DNA from: Piedraia hortae CBS 480.64
Taxonomy: Eukaryota
DNA length: 31,222 nt
Reading direction: 5' to 3'
NCBI GenBank assembly: GCA_010093745.1
Contig: MU006014.1
Coordinates: 62,001-93,222, forward strand
The position numbers were made by a program, and so were the translations under genes. How positions within the stretch are numbered: position 1 is the first letter of the stretch; the number at the start of each line of letters is the position of its first letter. Positions 11,260-20,887 of the stretch are shown here, piece by piece. Below the pieces are notes generated by a model. The model was not told the DNA's origin. It ran no database searches and saw only the letters and a list, made by a program, of their open reading frames with translations.

Positions 11260-13023
11260 ATGTGGAGCAACCAAGAATACAATTTATCATCGTCAGGGAG
11301 AGATTTCCAGCGCGAACATGGACTGGCATCAAGTTTACAGCCAAATCTCACCCAGCAACCAGATTCAAACCTCGCATTGTCCATGACTCCATGGACAGAA
11401 TTTGACTCAAGTGCCAGTTTCGACCCAATTTTGAACCATCACGGGCAATCTGCTTCTGCATTCAGCCCATTGAATCAGTTGGATCAACCGGCGTCGGCTT
11501 ACGTAACACCACCTCGTGTCTCCACTTGGAGCACTAATATGCCGACAGACACGAGTGCAAATCGAGATCTCGTTTATGCCCTCGATCTACCTGATCACTC
11601 AGGCCAAGTCTCTCTAATACCGGCTAATTTCAATATGCAATCTTGCTCCCTTGTGAATGGAATTGCTGGTCTTTCTCCCAGTCCAATCTATCTTTCTGAC
11701 CAACCGCCACAAATTTCTGACACACGATTCCATGGTTCGTCTGCGTATCCGAACATGGGGACAGATCCAGCCATGGATGGAGGTACTGGTCCTCTTCTCG
11801 GTCCAATCCATTCCTCTGGACAACCCTTGTTGATACCTTCCCACGTAACCCAGAGTTCGTCTTTGAATCCCAGTCTTCCATTTTTTTCGACAACTCCAGA
11901 TGATATTGCTCAGTCTCATCAATTACCTAGTGCCCAGTCGTTCTTGACCACCAAAAATGGCTACTCCCGTTCCCCTCAACCACCAAACGACCTAAGCCAA
12001 GGCAATGGCGTCCCTCAACCCTTCTCCCAAGCACCGACGACTCCAGAAGACAACAAGGACAACTTCGAGGATCTACTCCACAACCCTTATATCAAATGGA
12101 TTGTTCAGGACTTGATGCGCAATCCAAGCCTTAACTCCCTGGATGCAATCATCTTCTTCAGGGAAATCGGTCCTTGGGTACCGAACCCTCGCTGGATGGA
12201 TCGCGCCCGTTTCATGATGCAAGTGCTCGAGACATCAGTCGGACAACCGTACTCGATCGAAGATCTTGAACGAGTCCACCAATTGAGCTTCTACGTTCGG
12301 GGCTTACATGTGTGTATTACCTACGTATTCGACCGACAGCCAAATCTGGTGAAGGCGCCGCAGTTCCGCTTTATCTGGGAAACGGCCGCTTCATTAGCTA
12401 CCTTGAAATTTGATACCGACTTGAACCGGCCCCCGAACTTGACCAGCCAAATCAATTCGTCTCAACGCCCATTATCAAGCTTCAACTCCCAGCTGCCTCC
12501 GTATACTCAAACAAACCTCAATCCACAGCTACATTCATCATTCAGCATCTTTACGGAACCTTTCTCAGCAAGCGATTCCAACCACCCGTATGAAGGGCAA
12601 GATATAAGCAGCCTGACAGAGGATGCAGATGCAGGCACAAGAGAGAATGGCAATAACGACGACAGCGGCGAAATTCCAAGCCTCTCAGCCCTCTTCACAT
12701 CAATGCTCAACTACATGGTCGTTCGGCACAATCTGACTTCTGAACGAGACTGCCAGCTCCTCGAGAGTGCTATTCCTTGGAATCCAACACCTGACTGGAT
12801 AGCCCCAGCCATGCAGGCAATGGAACTACATTACGTAAGTAAGGGTTATCCTTACGACCCAGAAAATCTCAAGATGCTCCACAGCATGAGCCGCACTTAC
12901 GTCAATCTGCGCAAGTGTCTAGAACTGGCGATCTCACGACATGGGTCGATAATGTTCACACCTTCGTTTGCAATTCTTCTGAAATTGGCGGGTGAGGTGT
13001 TAGCTAATGGGCAGGATGGGTGA
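11260..13023 (+). CDS. Unknown-domain family member C: 587-aa protein with long S/P/Q-rich disordered region and two domain copies (subtype 1 then subtype 2)
   Basis: Uninterrupted 587-codon ORF. Domain copies at ~12058-12390 (IGPWVPNPRWMDRA...GQPYSIEDLERVH) and ~12673-13010 (IPWNPTPDWIAPAM...KGYPYDPENLKMLHSMSR). Confidence 0.85.
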   Translation: MWSNQEYNLSSSGRDFQREHGLASSLQPNLTQQPDSNLALSMTPWTEFDSSASFDPILNHHGQSASAFSPLNQLDQPASAYVTPPRVSTWSTNMPTDTSANRDLVYALDLPDHSGQVSLIPANFNMQSCSLVNGIAGLSPSPIYLSDQPPQISDTRFHGSSAYPNMGTDPAMDGGTGPLLGPIHSSGQPLLIPSHVTQSSSLNPSLPFFSTTPDDIAQSHQLPSAQSFLTTKNGYSRSPQPPNDLSQGNGVPQPFSQAPTTPEDNKDNFEDLLHNPYIKWIVQDLMRNPSLNSLDAIIFFREIGPWVPNPRWMDRARFMMQVLETSVGQPYSIEDLERVHQLSFYVRGLHVCITYVFDRQPNLVKAPQFRFIWETAASLATLKFDTDLNRPPNLTSQINSSQRPLSSFNSQLPPYTQTNLNPQLHSSFSIFTEPFSASDSNHPYEGQDISSLTEDADAGTRENGNNDDSGEIPSLSALFTSMLNYMVVRHNLTSERDCQLLESAIPWNPTPDWIAPAMQAMELHYVSKGYPYDPENLKMLHSMSRTYVNLRKCLELAISRHGSIMFTPSFAILLKLAGEVLANGQDG

Positions 13024-14020
13024 AACAGTAGTTGAGAGATGGAAATGATTGCTAATTGGGATTGAATAGTTGCCATTATAGGCACGTATTACCAGTTTCA
13101 GGCACATGAATTCTGCTGCTAGATGTATTGTGATATTCAGTTATGATCATGGGCAGGTACATCTGGTGCCCACCATCTAAATCTCGCACAAACTTGAGAT
13201 GCAGCATCTGAAACTCAGAAATGTGCCCTGGGTCTAGATAGGGTGCCTGAGGCTTTGCAGTATTTCTTTGCCTGGCCTAGGAAATTCCTCTGCGATGAGA
13301 ATACGACATCGTATGGTCTGGGCAAATGTGGTCCGGCCCATAGTGGGTCTGTGGGGCATGATCCTAGCGTCAGTGTCAGAAGGATGTGGCACCCACCATG
13401 ACCAGAACTATAAACAGAAGTCGAAACTTCTCAGGGTTTTTACCTCTATAGAGGAAGTTTTCCCTGAGTCGGGTCATTGTCTCGTTCATGCTTAAGGGCA
13501 TGGCTCGCTGACGTTGTCCTGGCAAATGCGGTCAGAGTGAGGTAGTGTGGGGAAGGTTTCGAACGTCACCTCATATAGATATAGACATCTACATTTCACT
13601 TTTTCAGTCAAAGTTGAGTGAAAACTTTTGTCGCCGAAATCCGCTCTCCTTTAGTCCTCGGAGGTTCACCCCTCCAACAGAGCGGTATAAATTGTTTGCA
13701 AGTATGATAATTCCAAGAAATTGATGAAAAACATGGGGTTAACAAGTGGTTCTTTGAGAGTGGAAGGTGTGGCCATTGTACTTACGTTTATGTATTCCAC
13801 ACGCTGGAACCAAAGCGATGGCGGGGCGGAAGCGATATAGTGCGAAGCCGCTTATATCAGCTCGTTGAACATTCGCGACACAACCTGATCAAGCACCGGA
13901 GTTCACGCTCTAGAAAGTTGCAATACATGCCCCAAATGGCATTCCAATCTTATCCACAATCCAACACCATCTCCTCCTCCAGATGCGGACCCACCACACC
14001 CCGTCTAGTTTGACCACATC

Positions 14021-14758
14021 TCAAGATCCCGCCTGTTCTTTTGCGAGTTCCTCGCCCGCTTTTTCCAAAATGTCCTCGAATTCAGCAGATTCCATCAAAG
14101 TCCCATGTTGCGCGACAACCAGTTCAAGACACACTCTCAAATCAACGTAATTCCGGCTCATATCGTGTAGCTTCGCGAAATACTCCGGCCTGTACGGATC
14201 TCCCTTTGACTTATAAAGCTCCTCCATCGTGTTGAGGGCAGGGGCCATCCAGTATGGTGCTGAAAACCAGCATAAATCTTTCGCAAGGAGCCGGCGGTCT
14301 CGATCGGAAGTGAGATTGTGCTCAGTGGCCATGTAGTTGAGCATGGCTTTGAAGAAGCCTGCGAGAATTGGATCCTTGCGGTCATTCTCATGGTAGTTAT
14401 TCTCCAATGTGTCCGCAAATGTGCCCTGTTCCTGGTTGCTGGTGACAACTGGGCCAGGAAATGAACTTTGTTGGTCAGACGAAGAGCCAGGACTGCTTGA
14501 TGAATTTGGCTGTGAAATGTGGCTGCACTGAGTATGCGAATATGGCTGGATGTTGGGGCTTGACGATGACCGTCGTGACGGAGTGAGCGGCCCGGTCAAG
14601 TTCGAGGACGACTTTCTGTCGGGATAAGTCATCCAAGTCGAAGCCGTTTCGCTCTCGCCGCAGACATATTCTTGATCTGATAGATTGTCATGTTTTTCGT
14701 CGCGTGAATCTGCATCACCGGAGTGTGACTCGTTGAAGTTTTCAAGTTTGGGAGGCAT
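14021..14758 (-). CDS. Unknown-domain family member D (subtype 2), 245 aa
   Basis: Intact ORF with a Ser-rich N-terminus. The C-terminal MLNYMATEHNLTSDRD...WMAPALNTMEELYKSKGDPYRPE...LHDMSRNYVDLRVCLEL is clearly homologous to the second domain of 11260. Confidence 0.85.
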   Translation of the reverse strand: MPPKLENFNESHSGDADSRDEKHDNLSDQEYVCGESETASTWMTYPDRKSSSNLTGPLTPSRRSSSSPNIQPYSHTQCSHISQPNSSSSPGSSSDQQSSFPGPVVTSNQEQGTFADTLENNYHENDRKDPILAGFFKAMLNYMATEHNLTSDRDRRLLAKDLCWFSAPYWMAPALNTMEELYKSKGDPYRPEYFAKLHDMSRNYVDLRVCLELVVAQHGTLMESAEFEDILEKAGEELAKEQAGS

Positions 14759-15374
14759 GATTGCTGAACACTGTAACTAATGGATACTGTATCTCTTTGT
14801 GCCTTGGTAAATTTTGAGTGGTGAATTGACCAGAACCGCGAGAGATGATGTCCTTTGGGATGAGTAATCACCCGAGGACGGAAAGAGGGTCCATGAGCCT
14901 GGTTGTGTACTTAGGTAAGTTGAGTACAGTCATCGAGCAGAAAATATATCCCTTGGAATCAAAGCTACGCAAAATGTATGATGTGCAGCTACCAACAAGA
15001 TGTTTCTCGTAGTCGCCTCTGCTAATATCTGGTCGTGTCAGTTCTTAAGATGCTGGCTGGGGTGCGCTAACGCATTGATTCAAGCGATACGAACGAGTAG
15101 AGCCGTCATGGATGGTCGAGTGCGAAGGTATGCATGTGATATTCACGTTGTGTTGATTTCAATACTGGATTTCAAGGCTTAGTAGGACCAGAAAAGTCCG
15201 AAACCAGTTGAATTCTCTCAAGAGTGGAACAGTTGTGCCATGATTCATCAAGTAGCGATGTTCACAATCTGAAAAATTTGCAACACGTGCCCAAAATGGC
15301 AATATTCAATCTCTGACCCATAGCCCCTTTACATTTATACCCCAATCTCCCACCTCATCAAGCTCGACCATATA

Positions 15375-16154
15375 TCATGACGCCGCCTCTTCCCTTTTCC
15401 GTGCTTCATCCGCAATTGTCAAAAGCTTCTCAAGAAAAGTTGATCCCATCAATAAATTCCCATATTGCGAAAGTATTAACACTAGACACTTTCGCAGAGC
15501 AAGGTAATTGCGGCTCGTTTCGTGCAGCTTTTCAAGGTTTTCCGGCTTGTAAGGTTCTCCCTTTGATTCATAAAGCTCTTTCATGGTGTCGAGGGCAGGG
15601 GGCATGTAGCGAGGTGTTGGATCCCAGGGAAACATACTTCGAAGGAACCGAAGATCTTGTTCCGAAGAAAGATGGCTTTTGCGCATCATTCTGATAAGAA
15701 TTTCGTCGAAATAGTGGCCGAGGGATGGGTCTCCGCTGTTGCTGTCACTGTCGCTGCCGCTGCCGCTAGCCTCATTTGTGTCAGCCAATGGTTCTTTTGC
15801 TTTATTGCGGATGGCAGCTGGGCTTAGGGGCGAATCTTGCTGTCCCGCCGAAAGGCTGGAGGTAGAAGGGCTACGTCTAGTCTTTGTGAGCGGCTGAACG
15901 TTGCCGCTTGATGTTACCCGTTGCGATGGAGTGAGTGGACTGGTTGAGCTTAAGGGCTACTTCAGGTTTGGTATAATTTGTAAGATCGACTCCTCTTCAA
16001 TCAAATATTTCTTGTCTGATAGGTCGCCCTCCTCAGTTGAGCTGCCAGATTGTTCCTTTCTGAGCTCTTTGTCATTGTTTCCCTTGTCTATCGGATCGTC
16101 CATGTCATATGAGTCGTCAGAGGATATCTCAACGACATAAAGTTTGGGAGTCAT
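15375..16154 (-). pseudogene. Unknown-domain family member E (subtype 2), single in-frame premature stop
   Basis: ORFs 15957..16154 and 15375..15788 are in the same frame, and the only internal stop is TAG at 15957-15959. It is collinear with member D (MTPKL vs MPPKL; SPLTPSQR vs GPLTPSRR; SKGEPYKPENLEKLHETSRNY). Confidence 0.8.
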
Positions 16155-16551
16155 ATTGTCCCGAATACTATGACTGATGATATCTCTTCAAGATTTTATG
16201 GAAGTCGCGTTGTAACTTGACCAGGACCATGAAGGAATGTATATTCGCTGCATGACTAATTACCTGAAAACCGCAGGAGGAAGCTGAAGACGTAAGCTAA
16301 TTACAGTCATCAAATGTTGGTGAAGTTCATCTTTATCGCTTGGTGGAGAGACCAATATTGTGGGACTCTCGGAACCGTCGCTAGATGCATCTTCGGAACA
16401 GATTGATTAATTGACTCTCAGACAACGGCAAACTCTCGGACGCTAGTGGATACTCAGAATTTGACAACTTCTAGATGCTTCCACAAGTTCAGCTTGATCA
16501 TGTGAATTACCACTGCCACCTCTGTCCAATCACTGCAAGCTGTCATCCAGG

Positions 16552-16578
16552 CATCCACTAGCGCGGCGCTAGTGGATG
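16552..16578. repeat. Perfect 13-bp inverted repeat with 1-nt spacer
   Basis: CATCCACTAGCGC-G-GCGCTAGTGGATG read directly. Confidence 0.9.
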
Positions 16579-16646
16579 TGCAAGAGTCGTCATCTTACTA
16601 AAAACTTTTACAACTTTAACTCACTCATCAAACAGCAACATACACG

Positions 16647-17372
16647 ATGAAGATTTTTACGACATTTCTGTGGCTACTTACATTCATAACAGCTATCCAC
16701 GCTCTCGCACTTCCCGTCACACTTCCTGAATGGTCAGCCTCATCGAAAATGCTTGTGAAGCGAAAGGGGGGAGGCGGCGGTGGTGCTCGAGGAGGTGGCA
16801 GTACCAAGGGACAAGGTTCCTCGTCGTCGAGAGGTGGTTCCGGAAAAAGCAGCTCCTCTTCTGGGACCAGAGGCAGTGTAACTTCGGCAGAACATCCAAC
16901 GTACGGCAGCAGTGGAAGATTTTACGCCGGCGGCTCATCTTCGCCTTATAAAGCCGGTAATCGCAGCCCAGTAGGCTTAGTGCCTGTTTTTATCGAAGGT
17001 GCTGCCCTTGGTACTCTCGGTGGTGCCTGGCTCCACGGTGCCTACGCCTACTCATACCCTCGCATGTGGGATTACCTCAATAACACATCTGACAGACTTG
17101 AAATGAGGCCAGCAAAATGTTTATGTGCAAAGGATGCCGTCTGTGGCTGCGACTACTTCGCAAATTCCGGCTACATGAATCAGGTGGCCAACAACAAGAC
17201 GCTCAGCCGCGTCGCAAACTTCAACGACACAGACACGCTCTTTATCAACGGCACCCTGACTGCCAGTACATCGCACAAATCGTCTGCTACAGTGTTGAGC
17301 CTTGGTCCTGCAGGGTTGGCAGGCTGGTTGGCCATATTCTGGGTTGCTATGTACACAGCATCAATTTTTTAG
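16647..17372 (+). CDS. Secreted Gly/Ser-rich, probably GPI-anchored cell-surface protein (intronless paralog of 23587..24385)
   Basis: Signal peptide, KR (Kex2-like) site before the Gly-rich tract, YAGGSSSPYKAG, CLCAKDAVCGCD, N-glycosylation sequons and a hydrophobic C-terminus. Confidence 0.88.
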   Translation: MKIFTTFLWLLTFITAIHALALPVTLPEWSASSKMLVKRKGGGGGGARGGGSTKGQGSSSSRGGSGKSSSSSGTRGSVTSAEHPTYGSSGRFYAGGSSSPYKAGNRSPVGLVPVFIEGAALGTLGGAWLHGAYAYSYPRMWDYLNNTSDRLEMRPAKCLCAKDAVCGCDYFANSGYMNQVANNKTLSRVANFNDTDTLFINGTLTASTSHKSSATVLSLGPAGLAGWLAIFWVAMYTASIF

Positions 17373-17992
17373 ACTTATGGTAAGGCTTGGGCCTTGTAGA
17401 AGTATCAAAAGTTTTGTTTGTATGTAACTATCAGTTGCTGGTTGGGGGCTCCGGCCCTGCAGATAGAAAACCAAGGAAAAGAAAATTCTTTAATTCATTT
17501 ACGGACCACTGTTATCTTGATCCCACTGTACCATACATCTGTTCCGCACAGGTGCCAACGAGTGTCCAGAATTTGACATACTTCTGGGAGATTCCACAGG
17601 TCCGGTCACCCATGAGGAAATAACATCATCATCCCTATGCGCCAGCCCTGTGTCAGTCATTGGCCTCGTCAAGGATGTTGGTAGTGAATATAGGAATGGG
17701 AGGTGACACGAAAAAACAATGTTGTTGTTGCTACCTGTCTACTAAGACTCTAGAGGAGATGAGTTTATTGTAGAGATTTGGCTCTCGTGGGTGAGAGTGC
17801 GCAGCGACCCGAAGAGGACGGAGCGATAGACAGAATCAGGGACAGGAAAGATGTAGATGTATGTGAGTCAAATACCAGTTGCAGCATGGTAGTGTGAATG
17901 ACTATTTGCAATAAGGGGACGTTCAGAATGAAAATTCTGCACCAGTAGGCCGGTGCCGTCACGTCGTACACTAGCAGGGCGCATTCACCATG

Positions 17993-18846
17993 TCACATAT
18001 GACATGACCTGAGGAAAAAACTTTGTGAAGGAAAAAACCTAGGGTGCAGTGGTAGTGTAGGAGGTATCGCTGACTTGCTGTGCAAGTGCCCCGCATACGC
18101 GCTTGCGGCGATGCTTGAATCCAACATTATCCCGGTCAGCGCTTGACTCTCCTCAGCATCACGGGACTCCGAGTTCTCCTTTTCCAAGTGATTTTTGGAA
18201 TCACGAATTTCTGCCTGCTGTTTTTCCTGGCGCTCAAAGATGCTGCCCAGCATAAGCATGGGCGAGTTCTTATGTCTCATTAGATTTCAGTGTTAGTGCT
18301 ACCGCAGGATTCAACCTACCAGCTTCAAGAAGCATCGTCCCCGCCAAGATGTCGATCCCTGGATTGCAGGACGGGATGTTGACGGCCGGGAAGATGACCA
18401 TGACTCCCTTCTTTCTGGAGACTTCTATATTGTACTGCACCGCCTTCTTGATGATGAAATTCTTGACACAGCATCGTCTTAAAGTGGGGTTCTAAGTTTT
18501 CCTCCATCATCTTGATTAGCATGACCCTGTACAAATGACTATTCATCTTCCCGGACATCAACCACGACTTCTCATAGTTGACCACCGTGCTCGTCAATAC
18601 GTTGTGTGAAATCTTTATCATTTTCAACTAGTCCACGACGGACAAGATCACCGACATTTTCGACATGTTAGACAAGCCCCCGTTCATTAACTCAAAGTTC
18701 TTTCTTCGTGCCTTACGCTCTTCCTGGGCCCGCTTGAACTCTTCATTCTTCGTCAGAAACTGCTCATTTAGTTTCCACAACCGGCGAATTCAGGCTCTTT
18801 CCTGTCCTTTTGCCGTCATCTCACTTAGAGCTCGCCCCGAGACCAT
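17993..18846 (-). pseudogene. Probable decayed gene with charged, coiled-coil-like segments
   Basis: ATG 18846 is in frame with ORF 18325..18627 but two stops intervene (…KNEEFKRAQEERKARRKNFE…). An intron-like GTAGGT...CTAAC...AG stretch near 18275-18320 may link it to ORF 17993..18280. No family recognised. Confidence 0.3.
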
Positions 18847-20887
18847 ATTTTGAGTTGTCATTTCTAGGCAGTATGGTCATTCTTGTAGAGTCTTTTCTCG
18901 TCGAGGGCCTGCAAAATCTACAAATGTGAGGTAAGATGCTCGCAGGTTTGGTACAACCTTGTTTTCAACAGCATTGATATGAGCAGTGGCGGTCTCGAAC
19001 GACATGCGCTGCAAAGTGCCGGGTGCAGCGGTGCGGAAGACGACTGCCCGAGAAACACAGCCCAAGTAGATGCGACAGAGGCGAGAAAGGTAAATTATTC
19101 AGCCAGTGATGTGTTGATTGTCCTATTGAAGGACCAATTCTCCATGATAAAGTCGGATTGCCTTTGTAGATGACGATGAGGTCCGGTTGAGCAAAGTACA
19201 AGTAATGTCGCTCCTGAGGCAAGACTCAGTCCCACATCTGCGTTCACAGTGACAGCTGAGCACTTTCGTTAGCAACTCGTTGGCTGTGTTTCTGGTAATC
19301 AAGTCGCGGGATGGGCGACCGTCAGTACCGACCAACCTTCGACGGTGTAACTTAGATGAGTAGGATCTGGTACCTCAGTTGCAGTCTCACGAGGGCTGTG
19401 GATGATGATCTAGATAAGGGGGCCAAGTCGCAAGCCGCAGAAAACAAACCATCTGAAAGCCATAAAACATCGGAGCACGCATATGTAGTTGGCACACATG
19501 CGCACAAAATGAGTCTCGCTGGGCTCAACATCTACCCTCTGTTAGACAGTCTTGGCAGACCTCATTTTGCCCATGTCTGCAGCATGATCGAGCGTCATAC
19601 GTTATAGCGACGCCATTAACCGTAGGAGGTCGCTTCTTTTCTCGTCCATTAGCCATCGTGTGGATCTGATGTCCTCCGACGTGCTCTAACATCATGAGCT
19701 CACTTGACAACACGTGCATTGATGTGCGGTCCCTCTCCCTAGCTCTCTTTCTGAAGTGGTGAGACAAACGCGATCGGTACCGATTGTGGTGGCGAAGACA
19801 ACGCTACCACTGATGGTTGCCAAACAGTTCCGGCTTTCGACCACATCTTGGTCAAATGGATGATGGCACTGGTTTCAAGGAGAGATCTGTGGAAGCAAAA
19901 GTTGACGCTTCAATTTGCCTCGGAATAATATCCGCGATGATGGCTCATTCACATTTCGGTTTCAGCAAAGGCGGGTCATCGGTGCACCCTACGCACCACG
20001 CTGTAATTCGTGGCTCTGTCTCCGCGAGAAACGACTCAAGCTGTCTTGTACGAGGTACTTCGGCGGCATGCGCCCCTTGACGTGGCACAGATGGCACATA
20101 ACTTTTGCGGGGTCGATTGTTCATATCCATGCATCGCCGCAAAATGTGAAAGCTGCCCATTTGCCACGTTAGCCGTGTATTCGGAAGCGAGTGTCGAAGT
20201 TGCTGCGCCGCATTGCATTCCTCCAAGGTTCGTAGCCCAATTTCAGGGCGAGTTGGGATATATCATGTTCACTCGACCGGAATGTAAGCTTTCAAAGGAG
20301 GAGGTTATTCATTTGGTACTTGAAAATCACACACTTCTTCTTAGCAGCAGCACTCTTGGGTATCTGAGACATCGACTTTCACTAGTAGGAAGCAAGAGTC
20401 AGCCCTGGTCATGTTTGCTTTTAACATGTCAAGCCTTTGCAGCTGACCACGGAAATTTCGTCGACAGCTGGATGGGTACCAACGTCAAAAACTATAGCTA
20501 TGCGACACTTTGCCTTTGGGTCGCCGCAGAGTCGGCACCGTTTTCCTCAGATATGCAGTGAGCATGGCATTCCCCGTCATAGGTAGGTCTATATGGCATA
20601 GAGGGATGCACATTCATATGAAATTTCGCAGTGCGCCAAGCCAATCCCACTTCTTTTAACAATTCACATCGTGGCAACATCATAGGAGTTCATACCTGGA
20701 TGAAAACCCCAGCAGACTTCAACGCGATCAGCCTCCTGTCACGTCTTTGTCTGGCGCTTGATTCGATCATCAGAATCGTCGACAGGTGACAGATGGAAAA
20801 ACTCTGAATGTGGTGATACCCTGGTTGATGCGGAAGTCATTCCGCGCAGACCTCACCTCAACCGACCCGCTCAACCGTGATGGAAGG

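Noticed and set aside
20010..20561. 183-aa Cys-containing ORF, considered as a zinc-finger gene
   Set aside because: Starts at GTG, and the Cys spacing matches no zinc-finger class I recognise.
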